Source: Bryobacterales bacterium (GTDB taxonomy: Bacteria > Acidobacteriota > Terriglobia > Bryobacterales > UBA6623). Taken from it: 64,000 bases of DNA. Position 1 is the stretch's first letter; each line of letters opens with the position of its first letter. Where the stretch lies: contig OZ244625.1 of NCBI GenBank assembly GCA_965218555.1, forward strand, positions 4,553,609 through 4,617,608, read 5' to 3'. Shown here one piece after another: positions 42,655-52,954 of the stretch. Position numbers and translations under genes: made by a program. Below the pieces are notes generated by a model. It ran no database searches. It saw only the letters and a program-made list of their open reading frames with translations, and had not been told where the DNA came from.

Positions 42655-44289
42655 ATGAGATTTGAGATGAATCGAAGACGGATGCTCTATGTCACTGGGG
42701 GAGCGCTTACAGCGGGCGCATGCGGGAGCGAGTCAACTGAAGAGCCCGCGACTCCTTCGGCTCAAGGCGCGATTGCCGCCGCGGGAACCGAGCACCCGGT
42801 TGCCGTCGGAGAATCGGTTTTTGGTCGCGGCAACGCCGTGGACACGGCTGTTACGGCGGCCTTGACAGCGGGTGTCACCGAGCTGTCCGCATGCGGAATC
42901 GCGGGTTATGGGGGCCACATGGTGATCGCCCTGGCTGACGGCCGCGTCACCGCAATCGACTACAATTCCGTTGCTCCCGCCGCCATGAGGAACGACACGT
43001 TCGCGCCGGATGCGGACGGGGCCGTCCCCGACGCTCACGATCACGGCTGGCTCTCGGCGGGCGTGCCGGGCACCATCGCCGGCATGCAGTTGGCGCTGGA
43101 AAAGTATGGTACGAGGACTTTTTCGGAGGCGTTGGAGCCGGCCATCGAGGCTGCCCGCGAGGGGTTCGAAATTCCCGAGACTGTGATAGGGTACCTCGTC
43201 CGATCACAGGAGATCCTCGCTAAAGACCCAGTTTCGCGGAGATTATTGTTTCCAGGTGGAAAACCGCTTGCCGCCGGCGTGCTCTTCCGCAATCCCGAGT
43301 TGGCCGATGTCTTGGAAGCCCTGGCCGAGGCAAACTCTGTGGAGCCGTTCTATCGGGGCGAGATTGGTGAAAAGATCGCGCGTGCGTTTCAAGACAACGG
43401 CGGCATTCTCACAGCGTCCGACATAGCGGACTACGCAGCCTCCGAGGTCGAGCCGGTGCATCTCGAGTGGCGCGGGTACGACATCTATACGGCGCCGCTA
43501 ACGGCCGGCGGCGCCACGAGCCTGGAGGCCGTCAACATCCTCAAGGCGCTCGGTTGGGAAAACCTCACGAGCGAGGACGAACGGAACCACGCGCGGCTGG
43601 AAGCACTCCGCATTGCCTGGCGCGATCGTCTGACGCTGTTCGGCGATCCGTCCAAGGTGGATGTGCCGCTGGGGCGGCTGATGTCAGACAGTTATGCTGA
43701 ACGCATGGCGGAACGAGTGCGGCGGGCGATCAACAGCCGCGAGCCGCAGCGGATCGCCGCGCGGTCGCGGGAGCAGAACGGGACGGTTCACATTAGCTGT
43801 GTCGATGCCGCAGGAAACATGGTCGCGATGACGTTGACGCACGGCGTGAACTTCGGCGCGCGCGTCACCGTGGACGGCCTCGGGTTGATTCTCGGGCACG
43901 GGATGTCACGCTTCGATCCGAATCCCCGGCATCCGAACTCGCCAGGCTCCCGCAAGAAACCACTTCACAACATGTGCCCGACGATCGTGGTGAAAGACGG
44001 TAAGCCAGTACTTGCCATTGGTGGCCGCGGGGGACGGCGGATCCCCAGTGCGATTTGCGATGTACTGGTGAACTACGTCGGCCAAGACCGCTCGATGGAG
44101 GAATCGATCGACGCGCCCCGCATGGTGACGCAAGGCGGGCTCACCGTCCAATGCGACGACAAGTGGACCGAGGAGGGCAAGGAGTACCTCGCCAAGGTTG
44201 GCTACGAGGTGTCAGACTCCCAGAGCGCGCGCATCAGCGCGGCGGCTTTTGATCCCTCGTCGGGCGCTACGACAGCGGTTTGGCGTTGA
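42655..44289 (+). CDS. Gamma-glutamyltransferase-like Ntn hydrolase, Tat-exported (possibly a lipoprotein)
   Basis: NRRRMLY twin-Arg and GACGS, GNAVDTAV, GIAGYGG, VPGTIAG, catalytic T in NGTVHIS, and GGRGG oxyanion loop. Confidence 0.88.
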   Translation: MRFEMNRRRMLYVTGGALTAGACGSESTEEPATPSAQGAIAAAGTEHPVAVGESVFGRGNAVDTAVTAALTAGVTELSACGIAGYGGHMVIALADGRVTAIDYNSVAPAAMRNDTFAPDADGAVPDAHDHGWLSAGVPGTIAGMQLALEKYGTRTFSEALEPAIEAAREGFEIPETVIGYLVRSQEILAKDPVSRRLLFPGGKPLAAGVLFRNPELADVLEALAEANSVEPFYRGEIGEKIARAFQDNGGILTASDIADYAASEVEPVHLEWRGYDIYTAPLTAGGATSLEAVNILKALGWENLTSEDERNHARLEALRIAWRDRLTLFGDPSKVDVPLGRLMSDSYAERMAERVRRAINSREPQRIAARSREQNGTVHISCVDAAGNMVAMTLTHGVNFGARVTVDGLGLILGHGMSRFDPNPRHPNSPGSRKKPLHNMCPTIVVKDGKPVLAIGGRGGRRIPSAICDVLVNYVGQDRSMEESIDAPRMVTQGGLTVQCDDKWTEEGKEYLAKVGYEVSDSQSARISAAAFDPSSGATTAVWR

Positions 44290-44304
44290 GGCGCCGGGAG
44301 TTCT

Positions 44305-46068
44305 ATGAGACAACTTCTTCTCTTGCCGGCGGCCGGGATTCGGGCGGCTGTCGCGATCGCTCTACTGTGCTTCTCGCTTCCGCTCTGCGAGGCCCAGACA
44401 GCGGACCGTGCCGACCTGATTCTCTACAACGGCAAGATCGTCACCGTCCAAGACAACTTCGAGATCGCCCAGGCCGTGGCGGTCAAGGGCGACCGCATCG
44501 TCGCCGTCGGGAGCGATAGCGAAGTGAGGAAGCTCGCTTCGTCGGCGACACGGAGTATCGATCTGAGGGGAAAGACCGTGCTGCCGGGCCTCATGGATTC
44601 CCACGTTCACTCGACCGGCGCCTCGATGTATGAGTTCGACCACATGGTCCCCGAAATGAAGACGATCGAGGATGTCCTTGCTTACGTGCAATCCCGGGCG
44701 GACGTTCTCGACGAGGGCGACTGGGTCCGGGTCCGACAGGTCTTCATCACGCGGCTGCGGGATCAGCGTTACCCCACGAGAGAAGAACTGGATCGGGTCG
44801 CCCCCAAGAACCCGGTCTACTTCAGCACCGGCCCGGACGCTTCCCTCAACTCCCTGGCGCTGAAGCTGAGCGGTATCGACAAGGACTTCCGGATCACCGA
44901 CGGCAAGCCGGGGAGGATCGAACGCGATCCTCAGACGAGCGAGCCGACAGGCATCATTCGCAGCGCGGGCCGTTTCGTCGCGTACCGGTCGAGCGAAAAA
45001 TCGGCTTCTAGAGAAGACCGGCTTCGCCGTCTCAAGGAGTTGCTCGCCGACTACAACAAGGTGGGGCTCACGAGCGTTGCCGATCGGAACGCCAATGACA
45101 GCGCCGTCGAGTTGTACCGGGAACTCAAGGAGCGCAATGATCTCACCTGTCGGGTCTTCCTCTCCTTGTCGGTGAGCGCCCAGGACTCGCTGGAGAAGAT
45201 CGAGGCGCGTATCCGTAGAGCGGCCAGCAGCGCGCTCCACGAATACGACAACATGCTTTGGCTGCGAGGCATCAAGACCTTTCTCGACGGCGGCATGCTC
45301 ACCGGCAGTGCCTACATGCTCAAGCCGTGGGGCATTAGCAAGGTATATTCGATTGACGATCCCGAGTATCGAGGGATGCGCTACATCGAGCCCGGCAAGC
45401 TGTTCCAGATCGCGAAGCTGGCGCTCGAGCACAAGCTCCAACCCACTGCACACTCGGTGGGAGACGGCGCGGTCCACGCCTTGATCGACGCCTATGAGGA
45501 GATCAACAACTCGTTTGCCGTTAGAGACGGACGTCCTTGCATCACACACTGCAATTTCATGACACCGGAGGCGATCGACAGGATGGCCAGGCTGGGTATC
45601 GTGGCCGACCTACAGCCGGCATGGCTGGAGCGCGACGGCGCCACTCTCACGAAACATTTTGGCGATGCCCGTCTCAACTTCTTCCAGCCGTACAAGTCGC
45701 TGTTCGCAAAAAACGTCGTCGTGGGCGGTGGCTCCGACCACATGCAAAAGATTGGAGGGCAGCGCTCGATCAATCCGTACAATCCTTTTTTCGGCATGTG
45801 GGTCACGCTCACGCGGCAGCCGCGTTGGACCGACAAGGTGCTGCACCCGGAGCAACGGATCACGCGAGAGCAGGCCATTCGGCTCTACACCATCAACAAC
45901 GCCTACCTGATGTTTCAGGAAAAGGAGAAGGGTTCGCTGGAGAAGGGCAAGTTGGCGGACCTGATCGTCCTCGACCGGGATATTCTTACTTGTCCGATCG
46001 AGCAAGTGAAGAGCATTCAGGTGGAGCAGACCTATTTGGGGGGCAAGTTGGTCTACTCGGCTGACTAA
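44305..46068 (+). CDS. Secreted amidohydrolase (YtcJ-like, Amidohydro_3)
   Basis: PGLMDSHVH, KTFLDG, AHSVGD, ITHCNF, GGSDH and GSLEKGKLAD. Confidence 0.9.
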   Translation: MRQLLLLPAAGIRAAVAIALLCFSLPLCEAQTADRADLILYNGKIVTVQDNFEIAQAVAVKGDRIVAVGSDSEVRKLASSATRSIDLRGKTVLPGLMDSHVHSTGASMYEFDHMVPEMKTIEDVLAYVQSRADVLDEGDWVRVRQVFITRLRDQRYPTREELDRVAPKNPVYFSTGPDASLNSLALKLSGIDKDFRITDGKPGRIERDPQTSEPTGIIRSAGRFVAYRSSEKSASREDRLRRLKELLADYNKVGLTSVADRNANDSAVELYRELKERNDLTCRVFLSLSVSAQDSLEKIEARIRRAASSALHEYDNMLWLRGIKTFLDGGMLTGSAYMLKPWGISKVYSIDDPEYRGMRYIEPGKLFQIAKLALEHKLQPTAHSVGDGAVHALIDAYEEINNSFAVRDGRPCITHCNFMTPEAIDRMARLGIVADLQPAWLERDGATLTKHFGDARLNFFQPYKSLFAKNVVVGGGSDHMQKIGGQRSINPYNPFFGMWVTLTRQPRWTDKVLHPEQRITREQAIRLYTINNAYLMFQEKEKGSLEKGKLADLIVLDRDILTCPIEQVKSIQVEQTYLGGKLVYSAD

Positions 46069-48143
46069 GCCATGCCCTCTTGCGCACCCCAGGGCTCGAT
46101 CTGCCTGAGCCCTTTTCTTTCGAGCGCGTCGTAGCAATCCGGCAGGTCAAAGCTTGTGAGGACACCCGGCAGAAGGGCCGACAGGGGCCAACTGTAGTCC
46201 ACCGATTCGGCCACGTCCGTGTATGAGGTCAAGGCATTCTTGAGCGTGACCTGCACAACGGCGTCTGAGAGCAGGGCCGCGAACGTTCCGGGTATAGCGC
46301 CCCAGCCCTTTGCGGCGAGGTGAATCTCAGTGTGCCCGAAACTTCCGAGCCAGTCGATCACGCGCAGCAGATCGTAAGTCTTCTGTCCGATGTAGGGGTA
46401 GTCGAGCATGATCGAGTGCATGGCGTAGAAGTAATCACTGCCGTAGGGCTGAAGAAAGCTGTCGATTCCACAGGTGCCGGGGCGCGAATCACCGATTCCC
46501 CGCACGTCGCATGTGAAGAAAGCCGAGTCGGTCTCGGCAGCCGCCAATTCCTTGACCAGCGGTTCCTCGCGCAACTCAGCGTCCGCCGAGTGGTGAGAGA
46601 CATAAAGCACGGCGCGCTTTGCCCCGAGAAACGGGCGGGAGTAAATTCGCTCGTTGGACAGCCGGTAGACCAGAGCGTGAATACCCGGTTCGGTGTCGAC
46701 GACATAGGTGATCGAGTAGGGCTTCGGGTAGCTGCGCGCACGGCGCGTGCGGAGGATCCGGTACTCGGGGACTCGACGTTCTTCAGGCATGTTGAGGGCA
46801 TTGCGCACAGCCTTCGCGAGTGCCTTGCCGCGCAGTCCCTTGCGGGCCTTTGCCAACTCCTGTGACGTCGCTTTTGTGAACGAATGGATGGGGCGCGACT
46901 GCATACCGGCCACCTGTCCCCGGGGTGTGCAATAGAGGGTTTCGTCTTCCTCTAACTGCAGTTCGGGCTCGTTCTGCATGTCGGAGTTCTTCGTCACGCC
47001 GTTGAACCAGCGGTACATCGCTTCGCGATTTTCCTGCGAGTAGCCATGGTAGGTGGGGCCGATGAACAGACCAATGTTCTCTTCGGCGTCTAGCAATTTG
47101 TACAGCCGCTTAAGCCGGAGATAGGCCTCCTGGGTGCCGCGCGCGTCGAAATAGTCCCTTTCTTTGGCCAGGACGATGATCGGCTTCGGAGCGAGGGCCG
47201 CGAGAAAGTCGTCCTGATCGAGTCCGAGCGCCAGTGAGCGCGGCGGGCACTGCTCGGTGTCCGCCGGCAGCTCGTTCTCGAGATTGCGGCGGAAGGTGGT
47301 GATGAAGCAACTCGGCGCAGCCATCGTCCAGCGTTGCTCAATGCCGCACAGCCAGGTTGTCATCGTGCCGCCGCCGGAGTTGCCCGTTACGCCGATGTGC
47401 TTCAAATCGACTTCTTCGCGCGTGAGAAGATAGTCGAGAGCGCGGATGCCGTCCCAGGCCCGCCAGGTCCCGAAGAATTCACCCGCCAGGAACTGCTGAT
47501 TGCCGGCATAGATATGCTCGCGCGTGCCGTAGCCGATACGGGGCTTGAGGTCGTCATCGGTGTATTGCATGCGTTCGCCTTGCCCGATGGGATCGTAGAG
47601 CAGCACGACGTAACCCATACGCACCAGGCCTTGAGCGAAGGATTGATAAGCTTTGGCCACCTTGCCGTTGCTGGCATGCCCGCACGTTCCTACCACGCCT
47701 GGCAGGCGCCCATTGCGATTCTTCGGCAGGTAGAGATTGGCGGTCACGAGAAAACCGGGGCGGCTCTCGAAAATCAGCTTCTCGACCTTGTACCCATCGC
47801 GGTCCAGGACCCCTGTGATGCGCGGGTTGAGCGGCGACCTCTCGGGCAGGGGACCGAAGCATTGCCGAATCTTGGCTTGCACGTCACGAACGTACGCCTC
47901 CGCGTCCGCCTTGCTCTTCAGTCCGTTCTTGACTTGGAGTGCGCGTCGCTCAATCTCGCGTACCTTGCCGACAAAATACTCATGGACCATGCGCGGAAAG
48001 CGGTTCCAGGGCTGAATCACGGGTCCTTCGGCTGCGGCAAGCGTTTCGACGAGCGCAGGACCCAAGGACGAAACCCCGAGGCCGTAGATTCCGGCGGTAC
48101 GCAACAAGTCTCTGCGGGTTGGAAGCGCGGCGGGATGAGACAT
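46065..48143 (-). CDS. Tat-exported alpha/beta-hydrolase (acetylxylan esterase-like, two-domain)
   Basis: TRRDLL twin-Arg, FESRPG, YDPIGQGER and nucleophile elbow GNSGGG. Second domain looks degenerate. Confidence 0.85.
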   Translation of the reverse strand: MSHPAALPTRRDLLRTAGIYGLGVSSLGPALVETLAAAEGPVIQPWNRFPRMVHEYFVGKVREIERRALQVKNGLKSKADAEAYVRDVQAKIRQCFGPLPERSPLNPRITGVLDRDGYKVEKLIFESRPGFLVTANLYLPKNRNGRLPGVVGTCGHASNGKVAKAYQSFAQGLVRMGYVVLLYDPIGQGERMQYTDDDLKPRIGYGTREHIYAGNQQFLAGEFFGTWRAWDGIRALDYLLTREEVDLKHIGVTGNSGGGTMTTWLCGIEQRWTMAAPSCFITTFRRNLENELPADTEQCPPRSLALGLDQDDFLAALAPKPIIVLAKERDYFDARGTQEAYLRLKRLYKLLDAEENIGLFIGPTYHGYSQENREAMYRWFNGVTKNSDMQNEPELQLEEDETLYCTPRGQVAGMQSRPIHSFTKATSQELAKARKGLRGKALAKAVRNALNMPEERRVPEYRILRTRRARSYPKPYSITYVVDTEPGIHALVYRLSNERIYSRPFLGAKRAVLYVSHHSADAELREEPLVKELAAAETDSAFFTCDVRGIGDSRPGTCGIDSFLQPYGSDYFYAMHSIMLDYPYIGQKTYDLLRVIDWLGSFGHTEIHLAAKGWGAIPGTFAALLSDAVVQVTLKNALTSYTDVAESVDYSWPLSALLPGVLTSFDLPDCYDALERKGLRQIEPWGAQEGMA

Positions 48144-48250
48144 ATCAACACTCCTTGCAAGAAACCCGCTCAGGATAGCATCGGCGCGGGCGTTTCCAGA
48201 TAACCGTCAGGTCTTCTCTGTCTTACAATAGGCCGACTCAGGTATTGCCC

Positions 48251-49702
48251 ATGAACACGGCTTCCTCCATTCCACGGTTTGTCCTCTTCTTCGCGATAGC
48301 CTGCCTTGGCTCGACCCTCATGGCCTTCGAGATCACTTCCGGGCTTGCCGACTACCAAGTCCTGCAGCGCGGCGTGGACGGGACTGCCTCGGTGACTCTG
48401 AAGGGGCTGTCGAGTCACGCCGGTTCGCTGCGAGTGGGTGTTACCAGAGGCAAACACCAGTTGCGCGTGGCGGGATTCGTGGACAAACCGCTTGCCCGGA
48501 TTCAGGCAGGAGACTGGACCGCCCACCTTTCAGGACTTCCCACAGGCGGTCCCTATCGCTTGACGTTCGTCGTGGTAAACGATGCCGGAGCGGAACTCGT
48601 CACGCATACCGTTGAACAGGTTCTCGTCGGCGACGTGTGGGTGCTTGCCGGCCAATCGAACATGGTCGGCCGCGCGGAACTCAAGAACGTCGAGAAGCCG
48701 CATGAACTCGTCCATGTTTTTCGGCCGGAAGGCGGCTGGGCGCAGGCGAAAGAACCCCTCCACGAGCGGCGCGAACGCAACGACATGGTGATTGGCGCGG
48801 GACTCGGGCTGCCTTTCGCGAAAGAGATGGTGCGGAGGACGAATGTACCGGTCGGGTTGATCCCGACCGCACTGGGAGGGACTTCTCTCTGGCAGTGGGA
48901 CCCGGCGCTGAAGACGAAAGGCCGTGAGTCTCTGTACGGCAACATGCTGGCGCAGTTCGAGGCCTCCGGCGGCAAGGCAAGGGGTATGCTCTGGTATCAG
49001 GGCGAAGCGGATGCACGCCCGGGACGCGTCGAGCAGTATCTGGATCGCTTCCGGGAATTTGTCGCGGCCATCCGCGCCGACCTGCGGCACCCGGATCTGC
49101 CCATCTACACCGCACAACTTTCGCGCTACGTGATCACGCCGAGCGTTCGCACCGACGCCACCTGGAGTGCCATGCGCGAGGCACAGCGGCAAGCGGCAAG
49201 GACGATCGAGAATGTGGGAATCCTGTCAGGGATCGACTTGGGGCTTGTCGATCTGATTCACGTCGATACGGAAGGGCTCAAGACGCTCGGTGTTCGCTTC
49301 GCCAAACGCGTGTGCCGCGACCTCTGCGGCGATGAAGGCGGCTGTGCCGGTATCGAACCCGGCTCTCGCCTTGAAGGGGTGAATTGGGACGGACCATACC
49401 GCCTGCGAATGAAGTTTGCCGGAGTGAACGGGACTCTCGTCGCACCAGGGCGTGTCCTGGGATTCGATGTCCGGGATAGGGAAGGGAATCGTCTGCCGCT
49501 GGTCTTCCGCGCTGAGATAACCGAAGCGGATGAAGTGCTGCTCTGGTTGGTCAGAAGGGAGCAGGTGCCCGATCCCGCCTTTCTTGCCTACGGCTATGGG
49601 ATGGATCCCGCGGCGAATCTGATCGATCAGGAAGGTCTCGCGGCGCCGGCGTTCGGCCCGATCCGGTTGCCGCCGCGGCCTCCTGCGCCGGCAAGCCGGT
49701 AA
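48251..49702 (+). CDS. Sialate O-acetylesterase / SASA (SGNH) family esterase
   Basis: Signal peptide, GDVWVLAGQSNM, WYQGEAD and DLIH. Confidence 0.9.
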   Translation: MNTASSIPRFVLFFAIACLGSTLMAFEITSGLADYQVLQRGVDGTASVTLKGLSSHAGSLRVGVTRGKHQLRVAGFVDKPLARIQAGDWTAHLSGLPTGGPYRLTFVVVNDAGAELVTHTVEQVLVGDVWVLAGQSNMVGRAELKNVEKPHELVHVFRPEGGWAQAKEPLHERRERNDMVIGAGLGLPFAKEMVRRTNVPVGLIPTALGGTSLWQWDPALKTKGRESLYGNMLAQFEASGGKARGMLWYQGEADARPGRVEQYLDRFREFVAAIRADLRHPDLPIYTAQLSRYVITPSVRTDATWSAMREAQRQAARTIENVGILSGIDLGLVDLIHVDTEGLKTLGVRFAKRVCRDLCGDEGGCAGIEPGSRLEGVNWDGPYRLRMKFAGVNGTLVAPGRVLGFDVRDREGNRLPLVFRAEITEADEVLLWLVRREQVPDPAFLAYGYGMDPAANLIDQEGLAAPAFGPIRLPPRPPAPASR

Positions 49703-49705
49703 GGC

Positions 49706-51001
49706 CTACTTGCCGGGAACCTTGTTGCCCGCGATGTAAACGCTGTCGACGGTCTTGGTGTTGTTGATGTCGGCCAGCGGGTCTTCGTTGAGCACGATCA
49801 TGTCTGCCCACTTGCCTTGGGTGAGCGTGCCTACGCGGTGCAGATTAAGGCAAGCCGCCGCTTGGCCGGTCGCGGCCATGATGGCTTGCATCGGCGTCAG
49901 CCCGGCCTTCACCATCAGCTCCAGTTCCATGTGCTCGAAATATCCCTGGAAGCGCGCCGGTGGGCCGCTGTCGGTGCCAAACGCGATGGTCACACCGGAA
50001 TCGGCGAGCTTCTTCAGATTCGCCGAAGCGACTTCCAGCGCCTTCTTGTACTGCTGTGCGCTCTTGCTCTGCTGTATCTTTTTCTGGCGTTCCGGATCCT
50101 TGAGTTGCTCGATCACATCCGGGTCGGTCTCTTTCTGGAAGAAAGGATCAGCGAAGAAATCCGGTTCGCTTTCGTAGACGAAGGTCGAGACCTCTCGCGT
50201 CAAAGTCGGGCAGAGGCAGACTTCTTTCGACAGCAGAGCGTCGACCAACTCCTGATCGACTTCCTGATCGCGCACGCTGTGCACGATGTAATCGACCCCT
50301 TTATCAAGCAGTCCCTTGGCGTCATCCAGATAGTAGAGATGCGAGGCCACCCTTATGCCTTTGCGATGGGCGTGTTCGATGACCGCTTGATAGACGTTGG
50401 GCCGCATCTTGCGGCTGGATCCGAGGTTGTCGTCGACGCGGATTTTGATCCAGTCCACTTTCATGGCCGCGTTGTCGTCGATCATCTTGGTGACGGCTGC
50501 CGGCGTTCGGCCGTCGACGACAGTGCCGGCAACATAGATACGCGCACGGTCTAGGTCCTTCGTATCCTGCTCATCGCGCAGTTCGATTGCTTCCGATCCG
50601 TCACCGCCCAGACTCACGACTGTCGTTACGCCATAGCGTGCGTAGAGTTGCAGTTGCGCCAGTACATTGTCTTTGCCGTAGACATCGGGCCCGGATTCGA
50701 GCCCGCGCGTCTGGCCGACGTGCCCGTGGGCGTTGATCAGGCCGGGAATGATCGTCTTGCCGCTGACGTCAACCAGATTCGCCGTTGCGGGCGGCGGCAG
50801 CGCTTCCTTTATGCCGACGTCTTCGATGCGGCCATCGCGCACAATCAGAACGGCATCTTCAATGGGCGGATTGCCTGTCCCGTCGATCACCGACGCGCCC
50901 ACGAAGGCGTACAGACCTTCCTCGGGTTCGGGGGGAGGACCGCTGCAATACAGCAACAGGAGCGTGATGGAAAGAACGGTGAGCAGCCGGATCGAACGCA
51001 T
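49706..51001 (-). CDS. Amidohydrolase family lipoprotein
   Basis: GGAGG RBS, lipobox-like LLYCS, PGLINAHGH, VASH, IVHS and FGTDSG. Confidence 0.9.
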   Translation of the reverse strand: MRSIRLLTVLSITLLLLYCSGPPPEPEEGLYAFVGASVIDGTGNPPIEDAVLIVRDGRIEDVGIKEALPPPATANLVDVSGKTIIPGLINAHGHVGQTRGLESGPDVYGKDNVLAQLQLYARYGVTTVVSLGGDGSEAIELRDEQDTKDLDRARIYVAGTVVDGRTPAAVTKMIDDNAAMKVDWIKIRVDDNLGSSRKMRPNVYQAVIEHAHRKGIRVASHLYYLDDAKGLLDKGVDYIVHSVRDQEVDQELVDALLSKEVCLCPTLTREVSTFVYESEPDFFADPFFQKETDPDVIEQLKDPERQKKIQQSKSAQQYKKALEVASANLKKLADSGVTIAFGTDSGPPARFQGYFEHMELELMVKAGLTPMQAIMAATGQAAACLNLHRVGTLTQGKWADMIVLNEDPLADINNTKTVDSVYIAGNKVPGK

Positions 51002-51340
51002 GATTACCTCCACGCACGGAACCCTATCACAACGCAGCCCAATTGGGAAGTGTGCCGGACCCATTGATGGGGGACAGGTGAAGCAGCATCTATTTCGACA
51101 AGACGAAGGTTCCCCGCCCGAATATAGAATCGTCCGCTTTTCCAGCAAACGTCCGTGCGGCGTCGGCAAGATCGGGTCGGGTGGGAAGGAACCCCTCGTA
51201 AGCACCCTGCCGAAGAATCGTTTGCCGTTACGAGAGGTCTTGAAGCAGCGGATGTAGTTCGTTTCCGGATAAACTGTCTGTCTGCCTCGTTTCGGTTACG
51301 GGTGGAGTATCCGTTACGGGAGGGAGTCCAGGATCCAGAC

Positions 51341-52951
51341 ATGAACCACTTGACTCGGGGAATCGTGGAGTTGATCTGTGCCGGGCTGCTCTGCCTGTCT
51401 GCCAGCCATGCCCAGCAGGTTGGTCCGATATCGCTGAGGCCCGAGGAGAAACAACTGTTCCTTGACGACCATGTTGTCGAAGAGCTTTCCGGTTTGAGCC
51501 GCGTCATGCACCGACCGCGCAAGCGGGGTCCGGTGCTGAAGGCGGACGTTCCGTCAGATGGGAAGTACATCGCGGCTGTCTCCGCGCCGATCTGGATCGA
51601 AGAGGAAGGTCTGTACAAGCTCTTCTATGAAGCGCGTTACGGAGACTTCAGCCGGCACCGCTACGCACTTGCGGTTTCCGAAGACGGCGTGAACTGGCGC
51701 AAGCCTCATCTGGGTCTTGTCGAGCATGACGGTTCGAAGGACAACAATCTCTTTCCGACTCCGGGCGATGAACGCCTGTGGCACGTTGTTTTTGATCCCG
51801 ATGATCCTGACCCGCGGCGGCGCTACAAGGGTTTCGTGGGAGCGAACGGCCGCCGCTCGGCGGTGAGCCCGGATGGCCTGCACTGGAGTCTTGTGGAAAC
51901 GCCGCGGCTACCCTCCGACGACGCCGGCACGTTGACCTACGACCGAGAACACGGACAGTTCCTGGGATTGCTGAAGTTCCCGGGCAAGTACGGCCGCTCC
52001 TATAATCTCTCGACAAGCAAGGACTTCGTCACGTGGAGCGAGCCCCGCTACCTGTTCGGGACCGATGACGAGGATCAAAAGCTTGCTGTCGAGACGATTC
52101 GCCGCAGATTGGCGGACCCCGGCCTGTCCAAGCCGCTACAGATCGACCCCGATCCGGCAATCGGTTGGCGACCGCCGGAAGGCCGGAAACTCAGGCCGAC
52201 ATGGCGAGCCGAGTGTTACAACATCGGTGTTTTTCCCTACGAGGGTGTCTACATCGCTTGGCTGATGATCTTCTATCCGACGGGACAAAGACTGCCGGAA
52301 TGGCGCAACACCGATGGCTTCCATCTGATTCAGTTGGCGATGACCCGGGACCTGAAGAACTGGCGGCGGCTCGGGAATCGCGAGCCGTTCATTGGGCCAT
52401 CACGACTCGACGAAGGGCGCGTCGGGAACTATGACCGGTTGCAGCTCATGGTGTCCAATCGCCCGGTCGATCGCGGCGACGAGCTGTGGTTCTACTACAC
52501 CGGCATGAAGCGCCGGGTTGAGCAGCACGACCGCTATACGGATGGAAGTCCCAGGTCCCCTGAAACTCTTTCGCCCACGGAACGGGCTGATTGGTTGGAC
52601 GATACACACAGCGCCGTTTGCCTGGCGGTCCTGCGCCGTGACGGGTTCGTCTCTTTTGACGCTGACACCAATGGCGGTTACCTGCTCACGAAACCTCTGA
52701 AGGCGTCAGGCAGCAGGCTCTTTCTCAACCTGGACGCCGGGAGACGTGGAAGCGCGCGCGTGGAGGTCGTCGACCCATCGGGCCGCTCCGTGACCGGATT
52801 CACAAGCGCGGATGCCGTTCCGGTCGTCGGTGATGCCATACGACTCCCAGTGAGTTGGAAGCAGAGCGAATGGGCGGGCCTGAGCAACCGCACTGTGCGG
52901 CTGAAGGTTCATCTGAATCAGGCAAGCCTCTACGCCTTGTGGACCGAGTAA
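51341..52951 (+). CDS. Secreted glycoside-hydrolase-like five-bladed beta-propeller protein with a C-terminal beta-sandwich
   Basis: KQLFLDD, AVSEDGVNWRKP, SPDGLHW, STSKDFVTWS, TRDLKNW Asp-box-like repeats and LRRDGFVS. Confidence 0.75.
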   Translation: MNHLTRGIVELICAGLLCLSASHAQQVGPISLRPEEKQLFLDDHVVEELSGLSRVMHRPRKRGPVLKADVPSDGKYIAAVSAPIWIEEEGLYKLFYEARYGDFSRHRYALAVSEDGVNWRKPHLGLVEHDGSKDNNLFPTPGDERLWHVVFDPDDPDPRRRYKGFVGANGRRSAVSPDGLHWSLVETPRLPSDDAGTLTYDREHGQFLGLLKFPGKYGRSYNLSTSKDFVTWSEPRYLFGTDDEDQKLAVETIRRRLADPGLSKPLQIDPDPAIGWRPPEGRKLRPTWRAECYNIGVFPYEGVYIAWLMIFYPTGQRLPEWRNTDGFHLIQLAMTRDLKNWRRLGNREPFIGPSRLDEGRVGNYDRLQLMVSNRPVDRGDELWFYYTGMKRRVEQHDRYTDGSPRSPETLSPTERADWLDDTHSAVCLAVLRRDGFVSFDADTNGGYLLTKPLKASGSRLFLNLDAGRRGSARVEVVDPSGRSVTGFTSADAVPVVGDAIRLPVSWKQSEWAGLSNRTVRLKVHLNQASLYALWTE

Positions 52952-52954
52952 GAG

